Source of the DNA: a virus | Taxonomy: Duplodnaviria > Caudoviricetes | Strand: one strand, 5' to 3' | DNA length: 42,546 nucleotides | Virus record (IMG/VR): IMGVR_UViG_3300037440_000362 | Span: 1-42,546 of that record | Part shown: in pieces, positions 14,747 through 23,752 of the stretch | How the letters are laid out: each line of letters starts with the position of its first letter | Numbering within the stretch: position 1 is the first letter of the stretch | Notes under the pieces: generated by a model | What the model saw: only the letters and a program-made list of their open reading frames with translations | Database searches by the model: none | What the model was told of the DNA's origin: nothing | Made by a program: the position numbers and the translations under genes

Positions 14747-16142
14747 CCTCTACAGTCAGTTTTGGCAACCGATGGCCCACGTGACCTCCGAGATGGAGCG
14801 TTACGGGGTCGGGTTCGACGCCACCAAGTGCCCACCCAAGGTGGCCGAGTGCCAGGCAAGGCTCGAGGAGCTGGTCTCCGGTCCGCTCAACGGCTGGTCG
14901 GGGACGCAGCCAATCAACTGGGGGTCATGGCAGCAGATAGCGCAGTTCCTCTATGGCAGCGAGGAGGCGCCAGCGGTTAAGGGCGGGCCTCCCATTGTGC
15001 CCCGAGGCTTCGGGCTTCCTCCGGTCTCGGGCAACCTGCGCGCCGTCAAGGTTCGGAAGGAGAAAGAGCGCCCGACTGGAGAGGCTGCGCTGGCCCACCT
15101 GGAAGCGAACGCGACGAACAGAGGAGACCGCGAGGGGCTACAGGCCCTGATGGAGTGGAAGAAGGTCAAGAAGCTGCTGGGCTTCTTCGAAGGACTCCCC
15201 AACTTCGCCGCTAGTGACGGGCGCATTCACCCGCAGCTCGGTCCCGCCGCAGAGACGGGCAGGCTGACTTGTAAGAACCCCAACCTCCAGAACCAGCCGC
15301 CGGGTACGCGGGACATCTTCGTTGCTTCGCCAGGGAACGTGCTCATCTGCCGCGACTTCGACGGTTTGGAATGGCGGATATTGGCCCATATTCTCGCCTT
15401 CCGCTACGGGGACATGTCGTTGGTGGACGAGATCGTAGCGGGTATTGACCCCCACTCCGCCACGGCGGTTCGGATCTACGACGCGCTTGGGCAGCCGCTT
15501 GACTGTGATGTCGGCGAGGTCAAGGAGACGTGTCCGAAGCAGCGGGCCGCCGCGAAGATCATCAACTACTCGATCAACTACGGGAAGACGGCGCGCGGTC
15601 TGGGCATTCAGCTGCGCAATGACGACGGAGAGCCCATCGGGGAGACGGTGGCTCAGCGGATGCTGGACGCCTTCTACGAGTCCAACCCGGGTATCGAGCG
15701 GTGGCACCGGGACTGTGTGCAGTACGCCCGGGACACAGGCCACGCCTCCACGCTGCTAGGTCGCACTCGAGAAATCCCGGAGCTACAGGCAAAGAGTTGG
15801 TGGATTCGAGAGAAGGGCAAGCGGCTGGCGATGAACACGCCGATCCAAGGGAGCGCGGCTGACATCGTTGGGATGGCTATGCTCCGTTGCAACGCTTCGC
15901 CGCACCCGGACCTTGTCAAGGTGGGTCACTTCAACGAAGCACTGTACGGGCTAAAGGTCAAGCAGATCCTCCAGGTACACGACGAACTACTGTTCGAGTG
16001 CCCAGAGGAGAACGCGGAGAAGGCAGAGAAGGAGATCGCAAAGCAGATGGACGACTGTCTTAAAGGAGTTAGAGAGTTTCTTTGCCCCCTAAGTACGAGC
16101 GGAAGCATCGGCCCGGACTGGAAAGAGGCGGCGGGCAAATGA
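14739..16142 (+). CDS. polA: Family A DNA polymerase, polymerase domain
   Basis: Likely TTG start 14739. ME.YG..FD; ETGRL..KNPNLQN; motif A DFDGLEWR; motif B RAAAKIINYSINYG; NTPIQGSAAD; motif C QVHDEL. Confidence 0.95.
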   Translation: MTDLYSQFWQPMAHVTSEMERYGVGFDATKCPPKVAECQARLEELVSGPLNGWSGTQPINWGSWQQIAQFLYGSEEAPAVKGGPPIVPRGFGLPPVSGNLRAVKVRKEKERPTGEAALAHLEANATNRGDREGLQALMEWKKVKKLLGFFEGLPNFAASDGRIHPQLGPAAETGRLTCKNPNLQNQPPGTRDIFVASPGNVLICRDFDGLEWRILAHILAFRYGDMSLVDEIVAGIDPHSATAVRIYDALGQPLDCDVGEVKETCPKQRAAAKIINYSINYGKTARGLGIQLRNDDGEPIGETVAQRMLDAFYESNPGIERWHRDCVQYARDTGHASTLLGRTREIPELQAKSWWIREKGKRLAMNTPIQGSAADIVGMAMLRCNASPHPDLVKVGHFNEALYGLKVKQILQVHDELLFECPEENAEKAEKEIAKQMDDCLKGVREFLCPLSTSGSIGPDWKEAAGK

Positions 16143-16378
16143 CGGGGTGCGCAGAGTGCGGGCAGGACGTGATGTACCTGGACGACCTAGGCGTAGGGCC
16201 AAACGTTTGCGGTTACTGCCGTGCGTTTCTGTGCCCCACCTGTGATGGGCATGGAAAGTGTGCCCCCAAGATAGAGACTCACAATCGTGAGATCGACAAG
16301 CGCGAACTCGACGAGGAGATTGCGCGGTTGCAGCAGAAACGGGCTGCATTGGACGAGACCGAGGAGCGAGACAAGTAG
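16139..16378 (+). CDS. Small Zn-finger protein
   Basis: ATGA overlap; CAEC, CGYC, CPTC..H..C. Confidence 0.6.
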   Translation: MTGCAECGQDVMYLDDLGVGPNVCGYCRAFLCPTCDGHGKCAPKIETHNREIDKRELDEEIARLQQKRAALDETEERDK

Positions 16379-17046
16379 TGTCAGCGATCCATACGAAGAT
16401 GGCGGCCATCCTGGCCGACTTCCCTGTAGTGGGGAAGGATCAGAAGAATCCCTCGCAGGGGTACAACTACCGCGGCGTAGACGACGCCCTGGGGTACCTG
16501 CACCAGCTGCTGGCGAAGCACGGCGTTTACATGACGCTGACCGACCTGGCGCCTGAGTTCTCTGACGCGGGAACTACCAAGGCAGGCAAGGCGTGGGTGC
16601 GTTGCGTGCTCACCGGGACAGTGAAGTTCATCGCCGGTGAGGACGGGAGCTTCGTGGAGGCTTCGCTCGTGGGCGAGGGGCTGGACACCGGCGACAAGGC
16701 ACTGATGAAAGCCCAGGCCAACGGGCTGAAGTATGTCATTTGGTACACGTTCTGCGTGCCTACCGATGAGGTAAAAGACAGCGAGGCGTTCCCGGATCCG
16801 GAGAGCGGGGCCGCGCCCAAGAAGACCAAGCGTGCCCCGGCCAAGAAGGGTAAGAGCAAGGCGAAGGGTCCGGCAATGATCGACCGGGTCATTGCGTGCG
16901 AGGACAAGGAGTCACTGGACGCCATCCGCGCTGAGGCTCTCGAGTTCGTGATGCGCTACCAGGGCAGCGACAAGGAAGACGAGCGGCTCGCGGCTGCTGA
17001 GGTCGTGAAGGAATTTAACGAGCGCAAGGAGAAGTTTGGTGGGTGA
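16378..17046 (+). CDS. ERF-family ssDNA annealing protein
   Basis: KNPSQGYNYRGVDD, GEGLDTGDKALMKA..GLKY, F.VPT. Confidence 0.85.
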   Translation: MSAIHTKMAAILADFPVVGKDQKNPSQGYNYRGVDDALGYLHQLLAKHGVYMTLTDLAPEFSDAGTTKAGKAWVRCVLTGTVKFIAGEDGSFVEASLVGEGLDTGDKALMKAQANGLKYVIWYTFCVPTDEVKDSEAFPDPESGAAPKKTKRAPAKKGKSKAKGPAMIDRVIACEDKESLDAIRAEALEFVMRYQGSDKEDERLAAAEVVKEFNERKEKFGG

Positions 17047-17230
17047 CGGCGTTGACTGCGGCGTCGGTATCGACTGGGCGCGAGTTCGTCAGATACTCCA
17101 ACGGGCGGACGCCATTCACGGCAGCAACCCCGGTAAGATTCGAGAGCTTCTGGAGGGGTGTCGAGGCATCCGTAGCAGCCAGATCGTTGTGTTGATTGCG
17201 GCGCTCGTGGAGGAGGGGCTCGATGGGTAG
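17036..17230 (+). CDS. Hypothetical protein
   Basis: ORF fills the gap with overlaps at both ends. Confidence 0.5.
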   Translation: MVGDGVDCGVGIDWARVRQILQRADAIHGSNPGKIRELLEGCRGIRSSQIVVLIAALVEEGLDG

Positions 17231-17378
17231 GTTCCTCTGCCGGCTCGGGCTGCACAAGTGGCGCTGGGAGCACCCTCCCCTGCCGCGGCATCTTGGGGTC
17301 AATTTCATCCGGCGGTGGCTGCTGGGGGAGTTTGACTATCGAGCGTGCAAGCGCTGCGACCGCGTTGACTTGCGATAA
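17223..17378 (+). CDS. Small prophage protein (DUF1660-like pattern)
   Basis: GGAGG RBS; LCRLGLHKW...CKRC. Confidence 0.55.
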   Translation: MGRFLCRLGLHKWRWEHPPLPRHLGVNFIRRWLLGEFDYRACKRCDRVDLR

Positions 17379-17418
17379 CGGCTTCGGCCGGGACAAGGAG
17401 ACTGATGATTCCTGACTG

Positions 17419-18165
17419 TTGCCGCTCCTAGGCAGCGCAAGCAAGCTACACCGGACAATCCGTTGTCCCGCTAGCAACCTCCTTCCACAGGTTGCTGAAC
17501 TTTCTGAGAAGGTAATCGTCGCCGGCAACCGGGGCACAGCGTTGCATCGCTACCTTCAGTTGGCGCCCGAGAGCGAGGAGGAGGCTCTCGCCGCAATCCC
17601 GGAGCAGTACCACGCAGAGGCCAGGACCATCCCGCTCTCTGCCTGTGCTGGTACACGAACCCCGCCCGAGCTTCGAGAGGTGGCGATGGTTCACAACCTG
17701 GAGACTGAAGAGTGTCGCCAGGTCATTTGCAAAGACCGAGAGTATGGGGAGCTGGCAGATGAGGACATTCCCGGGACAGCGGACGTGGTCATCGTTGGTT
17801 TCCGCACCGCGGAGATCTGGGACTACAAGACGGGCTCGTACCCTGTCCAACCCGAGGACAACTACCAACTACTCGACGCTGCACTGAAGACAGCACGCAC
17901 GCTGGCCCGGCAGGCTACTCATATTGTCTGCGGGATTCAGCAGTTCAAGAATCGTGGTCGCGGCGAAAAGAAGAAGCTAGTGCCGCAGACGAAAGCAACG
18001 GTCGTAGACCGTTTTGACCTCGACGCTCACGAGCACCGGGCCAAGAAAGCGCTAGCCCTAGCGCGTGAAGTTAAGGAGGCAATTGACGCCGGCGAAACGC
18101 CGCCTGTTCGTAAAGGCCCGTGGTGTTTATTTTGCCCAGCAAAACCCGGTTGTCCGGCGTGGTGA
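17419..18165 (+). CDS. PD-(D/E)xK Cas4/RecB-like exonuclease
   Basis: RCPAS, GTALH, GTADVV..WDYKTG, QL, C-terminal CLFCP..C. Confidence 0.85.
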   Translation: MPLLGSASKLHRTIRCPASNLLPQVAELSEKVIVAGNRGTALHRYLQLAPESEEEALAAIPEQYHAEARTIPLSACAGTRTPPELREVAMVHNLETEECRQVICKDREYGELADEDIPGTADVVIVGFRTAEIWDYKTGSYPVQPEDNYQLLDAALKTARTLARQATHIVCGIQQFKNRGRGEKKKLVPQTKATVVDRFDLDAHEHRAKKALALAREVKEAIDAGETPPVRKGPWCLFCPAKPGCPAW

Positions 18166-18611
18166 CCTTCGGGGACACTCGGCTGCCGCCAAGGTTCTGG
18201 GAGAAGGTCCATGTTGCGGAGAGCGGCTGCTGGGAATGGACGGCGTGTACGGGTCGGGGCTACGGCCTGTTCCGCTGGGAGGGGCGAATGCAGAAAGCCC
18301 ACCGTACCGCCTTCGTAAGCCTGGCGGGGGAGGTCCCGCTCGGTCTGGGTCTAGACCACCTGTGCCGGGTGAGACACTGCGTGAACCCGGAGCATTTAGA
18401 GCCGGTAACACGGAGCGAAAATCTTCGGCGGGGGCTTGTTGGTAGGGGCCGTGGCGGGTCGTTTTGGCGGGCAAAAACATGTTGTCCAAAGGGTCATCCT
18501 TACGACGACACAAATACGTACAAGTACCCCGACGGAAGGCGTGCCTGCCGCGAGTGCAGACGCCGTTGGAGCAAAGAGAACAGGTTGAACAAAGGAGCCA
18601 ATAGTGGTTAA
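18162..18611 (+). CDS. HNH endonuclease with C-terminal Cys/His domain
   Basis: GTGA overlap; RFWEKV..CWEW..AHR..LDHLCRVRHCVNPEHLEPVT..EN; KTCCPKGHPY...CREC. Confidence 0.88.
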   Translation: MTFGDTRLPPRFWEKVHVAESGCWEWTACTGRGYGLFRWEGRMQKAHRTAFVSLAGEVPLGLGLDHLCRVRHCVNPEHLEPVTRSENLRRGLVGRGRGGSFWRAKTCCPKGHPYDDTNTYKYPDGRRACRECRRRWSKENRLNKGANSG

Positions 18612-18945
18612 CAAGTGCATTTTCATCGGTCATCTTGGCAGCGACCCCGAGGTCAGAACTGTCGGGGACGACAAAAAAGTGGCGAATTTTTCCCTGGCTG
18701 TTCGCTCTGGAAAAGAGGGAACGGAATGGGTTCGTGTTGCAGCTTGGGACAGGCAGGCGGAAATCGCAGAAAAGTGGTTGACCAAGGGAAGCAAGGCGTA
18801 CGTCGAGGGCGAGCTGCGGACCCGGTCCTGGGAGGACAACGACGGCAACAAGCGGTACTCGACAGAGGTCATCGCTCGGCTGCTGCTCAACCTTACCAGC
18901 AAGGGTGAGAGGGAGCGCGAGAGCGACGACTCCCCGCTGCTGTAG
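18604..18945 (+). CDS. ssb: Single-stranded DNA-binding protein
   Basis: VNKCIFIGHLGSDPEVR, ANFSLAV, TEW, KGSKAYVEGELRTRSW, acidic tail. Confidence 0.95.
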   Translation: MVNKCIFIGHLGSDPEVRTVGDDKKVANFSLAVRSGKEGTEWVRVAAWDRQAEIAEKWLTKGSKAYVEGELRTRSWEDNDGNKRYSTEVIARLLLNLTSKGERERESDDSPLL

Positions 18946-19163
18946 TGGCTTACGCGCGGTGGGGGTCGGATAGCGATGTCTACCTCTGGCCCGGTGGCCT
19001 CGGCTACGAGTGCTCTCTGTGTTACTTGCAACCGCACCGTCGCGTCTGGTCTGGGGAGACACCAGAGGAAGCCCTGGCGCACCTGAAGGAGCACCTGGCG
19101 GCAGGGCACAAGGTGCCGGTGTACGCGGTGAGGGAGCTTGAGGAGGAGTGTGAGGAGGACTGA
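18945..19163 (+). CDS. Hypothetical protein
   Basis: Coupled start; MAYARWG.DSDVY..CSLC...HL..H...GH.VP. Confidence 0.6.
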   Translation: MAYARWGSDSDVYLWPGGLGYECSLCYLQPHRRVWSGETPEEALAHLKEHLAAGHKVPVYAVRELEEECEED

Positions 19164-19249
19164 TGTACGAGCTGATCTTCGTTGGCTGTAGCGCGTTCCT
19201 GCTGTGGCTGTGCGACTTCGGCGACGGCAGCTTTAGGGACGACGAATGA
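19163..19249 (+). CDS. 28-aa hydrophobic peptide
   Basis: MYELIFVGCSAFLLWLCDFGDGSFRDDE; TGATG and ATGA coupling at both ends; GGAGG RBS. Confidence 0.5.
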   Translation: MYELIFVGCSAFLLWLCDFGDGSFRDDE

Positions 19250-20130
19250 AGCCTGCCTTGTTCATGCTGCATGATCAGGACAGGCAACTAGGGGCCCGGC
19301 CGGCCGGTGAGTACAGCGCCCGGGATGCAAACTTCATAGGGGGCTACGGCATCTTTTGGGTAGTCAACTCGTTCACCGGGGCACGCAGGACCACGAACCT
19401 CACGCGCATCAACTACTGGTTCTGTGAGTGCGACGAGGGGACGAAGGAGGAACAGCTGCGCCGGCTACAGCTTGCCCCTCTGCTGCCGAGCGTGGTGGTG
19501 GAGAGCAAGCGGGGCTTCCACGCCTATTGGGCAGCACTGGACGCCACACCGGAGCGGTGGAAGGAGATCGTACGGTGGGGGCTGGTTCCCGCGCTCAAGG
19601 GAGACCCGAGAGCAACGGACCCGCTCAGGCTGCTGCGCTGTCCCGGCTACCTGCATCAGAAGGACCCGGACGATCCGTTCATGGTCAGGAAGGTCTGGGA
19701 GACCGCGCTCTCGTATACCGAGGAGCAAATGCTCGCCGCATTCCCATCACAGGAACCGGAGACAAAACCCCGGCAAGAGTCCCCAAGTGAGGGGGGTACG
19801 TTCTGGGAGCGGGTGGCCGCCCTGGACGGGCGAGACGCAATCGATCGGGTGAGTGGTAGCTGGCTGGTCAACGGCGAGGAGTTTCGCCTCGCGACACAGA
19901 GCAACGGCAACGCCAACATCATCCGCGAGCACGACAACCACAGCACCCCGTGCTGGATTTGGGCTGACGGTCGCCTCGGAGGTATCGAGGGTGGCAACAG
20001 CATCGCAGCGTTCTGCGCTTGGTATGGACACAAATGGTCCGACATCGCGGAGGGGCTGAAACAACTATTCCCGGAGCTGGAGAGCGATGACGACGAAGAA
20101 TTGGTGGGAGTACAAGATGCGGATCGCTGA
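19246..20130 (+). CDS. RepB-like (AEP superfamily) DNA primase
   Basis: ECD acidic motif, VVESKRGFHAYW, D..RLLRCPG; lies upstream of the helicase. Confidence 0.8.
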   Translation: MKPALFMLHDQDRQLGARPAGEYSARDANFIGGYGIFWVVNSFTGARRTTNLTRINYWFCECDEGTKEEQLRRLQLAPLLPSVVVESKRGFHAYWAALDATPERWKEIVRWGLVPALKGDPRATDPLRLLRCPGYLHQKDPDDPFMVRKVWETALSYTEEQMLAAFPSQEPETKPRQESPSEGGTFWERVAALDGRDAIDRVSGSWLVNGEEFRLATQSNGNANIIREHDNHSTPCWIWADGRLGGIEGGNSIAAFCAWYGHKWSDIAEGLKQLFPELESDDDEELVGVQDADR

Positions 20131-20272
20131 CAGCGGCGACCCCGTGGAGGCCACTGTTTGTGATGACAACACGGTGGAACTGACGGTGCGTAACGCCGTC
20201 GTGAACTTGTCGTTTGGCGAGTGGGACGTGCTCGTCGAGGCGGTCGCTGAAATGAGGAGCCTGTGCAAGTGA
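20087..20272 (+). CDS. Hypothetical protein
   Basis: Short ORF between primase and the next gene; start uncertain. Confidence 0.45.
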   Translation: MTTKNWWEYKMRIADSGDPVEATVCDDNTVELTVRNAVVNLSFGEWDVLVEAVAEMRSLCK

Positions 20273-20637
20273 AGAAGAAAACACCTAGGGCTCGTAAGCC
20301 CAACAACCGGCCGAAGGCACGAGCTGTCCCGGCGGCGAACATCAACAACCGACAGGCCATCTTTGACCTGGGGCAGCGACTGTTCCAACTAGAGAACCTG
20401 TTTGGTCAGTTGCTACGAGAGATCAAGGCGCAGATGGAGCCTGTGGGGCAGGCACTCGACCTGCACAGCACAGTGCTGGAACTGGTGGCGAAGTCGTCCG
20501 TGGGGGCTGAGATGAATGAAGACGAGCTGGCCGCGCTGGCAGAGTTCGTAGACTCCCACGATCCGGGCTGGCCTGCCGGTCCCGCGCCGAAAGAGGAGGC
20601 ACCGGAGCCCGAGGCCGCCGCTGGGGATGCCTCTTAA
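20269..20637 (+). CDS. Hypothetical protein (basic N-terminus, coiled-coil)
   Basis: GAGGAG RBS; GTGA overlap. Confidence 0.6.
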   Translation: MKKKTPRARKPNNRPKARAVPAANINNRQAIFDLGQRLFQLENLFGQLLREIKAQMEPVGQALDLHSTVLELVAKSSVGAEMNEDELAALAEFVDSHDPGWPAGPAPKEEAPEPEAAAGDAS

Positions 20638-21628
20638 CCTCGGCCCCGTACTTGAGCCCGAGGCAAAGCACCTTGCCGGTCTACCCGACCGCATGGAGCA
20701 ACTCAACGCGGCGCGAGTCCCGTTCGGGATGTCGTATCTTGACGATTGCCTCGGGGGGCTCTACCCGGACGACCTACTCATTGTCGGGGCCGGGTCGGGC
20801 GTCGGGAAGACACAGCTTGCGGTACAGACAGCCCTCGCGGGCGTCGATGCGGGGCTCGACCCGGTAGTCCTGTTCGCGCTCGAGGCCGAGCTAGGAGAAG
20901 TGACAGCGCGTCTCGCGTTCGCTGAGCTGAGCGAGCGAGTGGGCAACAAACAGATCGACTTCGCGGGCTGGTGGCGCGGGCGGTGGAAGGAGGAGACAAA
21001 GGAGCACTGGCCCGAAGTGGAGGCCAACCTCCAGGCCAGGCTGAGCAAGCTCCACACGCTGTACAAGCGCGGAGACTTCACCAACCGTGCGCTGGCGAAG
21101 CAGATTGAGGGCATCGTCAACACAGCCAAGATGGTGGTGCTTGACCATATCCACGTCGTGGACAACGGCTCGGAGTCGGAGCTTTCGACGCAGCACAAGA
21201 CTGTGCGGACCCTTCGTGACCTGGCCCTGACCGCACACGTGCCTGTGGTGGCGATCAGTCACCTGCGCAAGAAGTCGCAGTTCGAACGAAACATCTCGAT
21301 GCCGACGATGGATGACCTCCACGGCTCGAGTTCGATGCAGAAGGTGGCCACTGGTGTGGTCCTGCTTGCTCGGGATTGGGACAGCCCTAGCCCGGATAAG
21401 CACCTTGCCCCGACGTTGGTACAGGTCACAAAGGACCGCCGCGGTCGGGCCAGTCCGTTCGTTGCCCGCGTGTACTACGACACGAGCACGGGCCGCTATC
21501 AGGACGGATACCGCCTCGGGTTCATGCGGTGGAGAGACAAGAAGCAGCAGTGGGAACCGAGTGACCCGAAGAAGCTGCCGTACTGGGCGAAGCGAGACAC
21601 CGCCCTAGCGAAGGAGCTGCCGTTTTGA
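20627..21628 (+). CDS. DnaB-like SF4 replicative helicase
   Basis: GAGSGVGKT, FALE, VVLDHIH, ISHL, DLHGSSS, K.R.G. Confidence 0.9.
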   Translation: MPLNLGPVLEPEAKHLAGLPDRMEQLNAARVPFGMSYLDDCLGGLYPDDLLIVGAGSGVGKTQLAVQTALAGVDAGLDPVVLFALEAELGEVTARLAFAELSERVGNKQIDFAGWWRGRWKEETKEHWPEVEANLQARLSKLHTLYKRGDFTNRALAKQIEGIVNTAKMVVLDHIHVVDNGSESELSTQHKTVRTLRDLALTAHVPVVAISHLRKKSQFERNISMPTMDDLHGSSSMQKVATGVVLLARDWDSPSPDKHLAPTLVQVTKDRRGRASPFVARVYYDTSTGRYQDGYRLGFMRWRDKKQQWEPSDPKKLPYWAKRDTALAKELPF

Positions 21629-21963
21629 GTACCGGCAAGCGAAACAAACAACGCGGCTACGAGCATGAGGCCGAGCTGGTCAAGAGCGCGGAGGCTGCGG
21701 GGTTCGAGGCGAGGCGAGCGTGGGGGAGCAACGGGAAAGCGCTGGGGGAGGCTGCGGACGTGGACTTGGTCATCGAGCGACGCGCAGTGTTCGGCTATCG
21801 CAAGGCGTGCATTCAGGCCAAGCGGCGCAAGAAGCTAGCCGACTACCTACAGATCCCGGAGAGTTGTGACGCGGTGGTGTTCCGACAGGACCGCGGTGAC
21901 AGCCTGGTTCTGCTGCGCTGGGATGACTATCTCAGCCTACTTGACAGCGGTGACTCGTCATGA
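21625..21963 (+). CDS. Holliday junction resolvase-like PD-(D/E)xK nuclease
   Basis: KQRGYEHEAEL..G, DVDL, IQAK. Confidence 0.75.
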   Translation: MSTGKRNKQRGYEHEAELVKSAEAAGFEARRAWGSNGKALGEAADVDLVIERRAVFGYRKACIQAKRRKKLADYLQIPESCDAVVFRQDRGDSLVLLRWDDYLSLLDSGDSS

Positions 21964-22280
21964 CCGACGACAGGCCAATCACCGCGGAAGACTTCGCGCT
22001 CCTCCGGGACGCGGGGCTGATTCCGAAGATCGACGTGCTGTTCCCTCCACGAGAGCCGGGGGTGCCGTCAGTCTACCTGGACTGCTTCGACCCCACGAGG
22101 GAACTGGGCTACTCGGAGACACCACCGAACACTCGAGTCGTCCCCCTGTCCCGTGCGGACTACACGTTCGCTGAGGCACAGACTCGGTTCGAGGAGATGC
22201 AAGCAGAGCACGGGTGGGGGGTAACCGGCTTCCCGTTCTACACCGCACGGTGGTGGTGCTGGAGGATCTATGAGGGATGA
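21960..22280 (+). CDS. Hypothetical protein
   Basis: ATGA-coupled ORF. Confidence 0.6.
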   Translation: MTDDRPITAEDFALLRDAGLIPKIDVLFPPREPGVPSVYLDCFDPTRELGYSETPPNTRVVPLSRADYTFAEAQTRFEEMQAEHGWGVTGFPFYTARWWCWRIYEG

Positions 22281-22611
22281 CAAAGTAGGACATCCGTGGG
22301 GTCACGGGCTGTTTGTGGCAGCGCTGGAAAGAGCAGCCGACGACGAGGACCTCACGAAGGAAGTGGACGCAATGGTCGGTTACCTCCAAGCAAGCGACGT
22401 ATTTCGCCAGCTCAAGGGGTCCATTGAAAGGTCCATCAAGAAGCTGGGGTTCTTTCACCCGTTCGTTATCGCGGTGAAGGGTACGCCGGGGGGCCTGACT
22501 CCCCGACAGAACATCGCCACGGTGACCGACCTGGCCCGTCGATTCGACGAAGCGGGGTTCAGGGTTCGCCGGCTGAAAGAGAACAAACCTGTCTACGAGG
22601 TGCGGTTGTGA
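22270..22611 (+). CDS. Hypothetical protein
   Basis: GGAGG RBS; overlaps neighbouring genes. Confidence 0.6.
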   Translation: MRDDKVGHPWGHGLFVAALERAADDEDLTKEVDAMVGYLQASDVFRQLKGSIERSIKKLGFFHPFVIAVKGTPGGLTPRQNIATVTDLARRFDEAGFRVRRLKENKPVYEVRL

Positions 22612-23231
22612 GAAGGGAGGTTGGCAAGCAGTTGTACAATGAACTGTTCAAAGCGGGAGGAGCAACGGAGAGGTCCGGGGTGTATATGGCCATTCGTGAC
22701 GGCCATAAGATTTACCTCGACGACCCGAAGCCCGAGGACTTCCAGCCGAGGCGCACGGCGTTCGCGCTAGCGCATGAGCACCGCTACGGCGGTAACTACG
22801 GAGCGTATTCTGTTGCGCAGCACGCTGTGTTGGTGGCTGAGACGGTGGCCCGGTTGCACGGAACCCCCCAAGAGGTGTTCGCGGGGCTCCATCACGACGA
22901 CTCCGAGATCGTCACGGGCGACGTGCCTCAACCGGTCAAGGCTGTGTGCCCTCAGCTGAAGGAGCTGGAGGCCCGGTTGGACGCTTGCATCAACAGGCGG
23001 TACGGCATCAACGTGAACAACGAGTACGTCAAGGAGGCGGACCGCATTGTGTTCTGCGCTGAGGTCAGGGTCATCGTGCCCGAGGACGCGCAGCACCTAT
23101 ACGGGGAGTTCGGAGACCCCAACTACGGGGCCGCCTATCAGCCGAGTTGGACTGACCTCGAGCTGTGGCCCGCAGACCGCGCGATGAAGCGGTACCTGGA
23201 AATGCACTACGACCTGGCGGCGCGCCTATGA
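22608..23231 (+). CDS. HD-domain phosphohydrolase (YfbR/YfdR-like deoxynucleotidase)
   Basis: LAHEHRYGG, YSVAQH, LHHDDSE, GDVPQPVK, KEAD. Confidence 0.85.
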   Translation: MRREVGKQLYNELFKAGGATERSGVYMAIRDGHKIYLDDPKPEDFQPRRTAFALAHEHRYGGNYGAYSVAQHAVLVAETVARLHGTPQEVFAGLHHDDSEIVTGDVPQPVKAVCPQLKELEARLDACINRRYGINVNNEYVKEADRIVFCAEVRVIVPEDAQHLYGEFGDPNYGAAYQPSWTDLELWPADRAMKRYLEMHYDLAARL

Positions 23232-23752
23232 CCGGCAAGAAGTTTGATGCCGACAAGCCGCAGGTGGACCTCGTCCCACGTCAGCTCATTTACGGAGCGG
23301 CGAGGGCAAAGGGGTTCGGTGCGAAGAAGTACGGCCGGCACAACTGGCGCGGGGGTATTGCTCCTAGCCGCCTAGTGTCCGCCTGCTTGCGCCACCTGTT
23401 CGCGTGGAAGGACGGGGAGGACAACGACCCTGAGTCGGGGCTCAACCACCTGGACCACGCTGCGGCGACTCTGGGGATGTTGATGGCCACGGTCGACGAG
23501 GGGTTGGCTGATGATGACCGGCCAGAAGAAAACACCCGAGTGCCCGGTAAACTGGACGAACCAGTTAGGCGACCGGGGTACTACAAGCGCCCTTGGGAGG
23601 AGGTTAAGCGTCGTCGCAACGCCGCGGGAATGAACACCTCCTGGTCGTTTTGGGCTGAGATGCCTGGGTACATCGAAGACGACACCAAGGTGCCGTATAG
23701 GGACTACCCAGTCTTCAACAACCGCTCCACCTTTCAAGACTACTACGAATGA
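23228..23752 (+). CDS. dATP/dGTP diphosphohydrolase-like protein (DUF5664 type)
   Basis: ATG 23228; GKKFDADK..DLVP, FGAKKYGRHNW, LRHL..W..GED.DPESGLNHLDHA. Confidence 0.85.
   Translation: MTGKKFDADKPQVDLVPRQLIYGAARAKGFGAKKYGRHNWRGGIAPSRLVSACLRHLFAWKDGEDNDPESGLNHLDHAAATLGMLMATVDEGLADDDRPEENTRVPGKLDEPVRRPGYYKRPWEEVKRRRNAAGMNTSWSFWAEMPGYIEDDTKVPYRDYPVFNNRSTFQDYYE

Noticed and set aside
17419-18165. Cas4 as evidence of a CRISPR system
   Set aside because: It is a stand-alone phage recombination nuclease beside ERF and SSB; no array or other cas genes are present.
22608-23752. 2-aminoadenine (Z) genome
   Set aside because: No PurZ homolog is visible, and an adenine methyltransferase is encoded.
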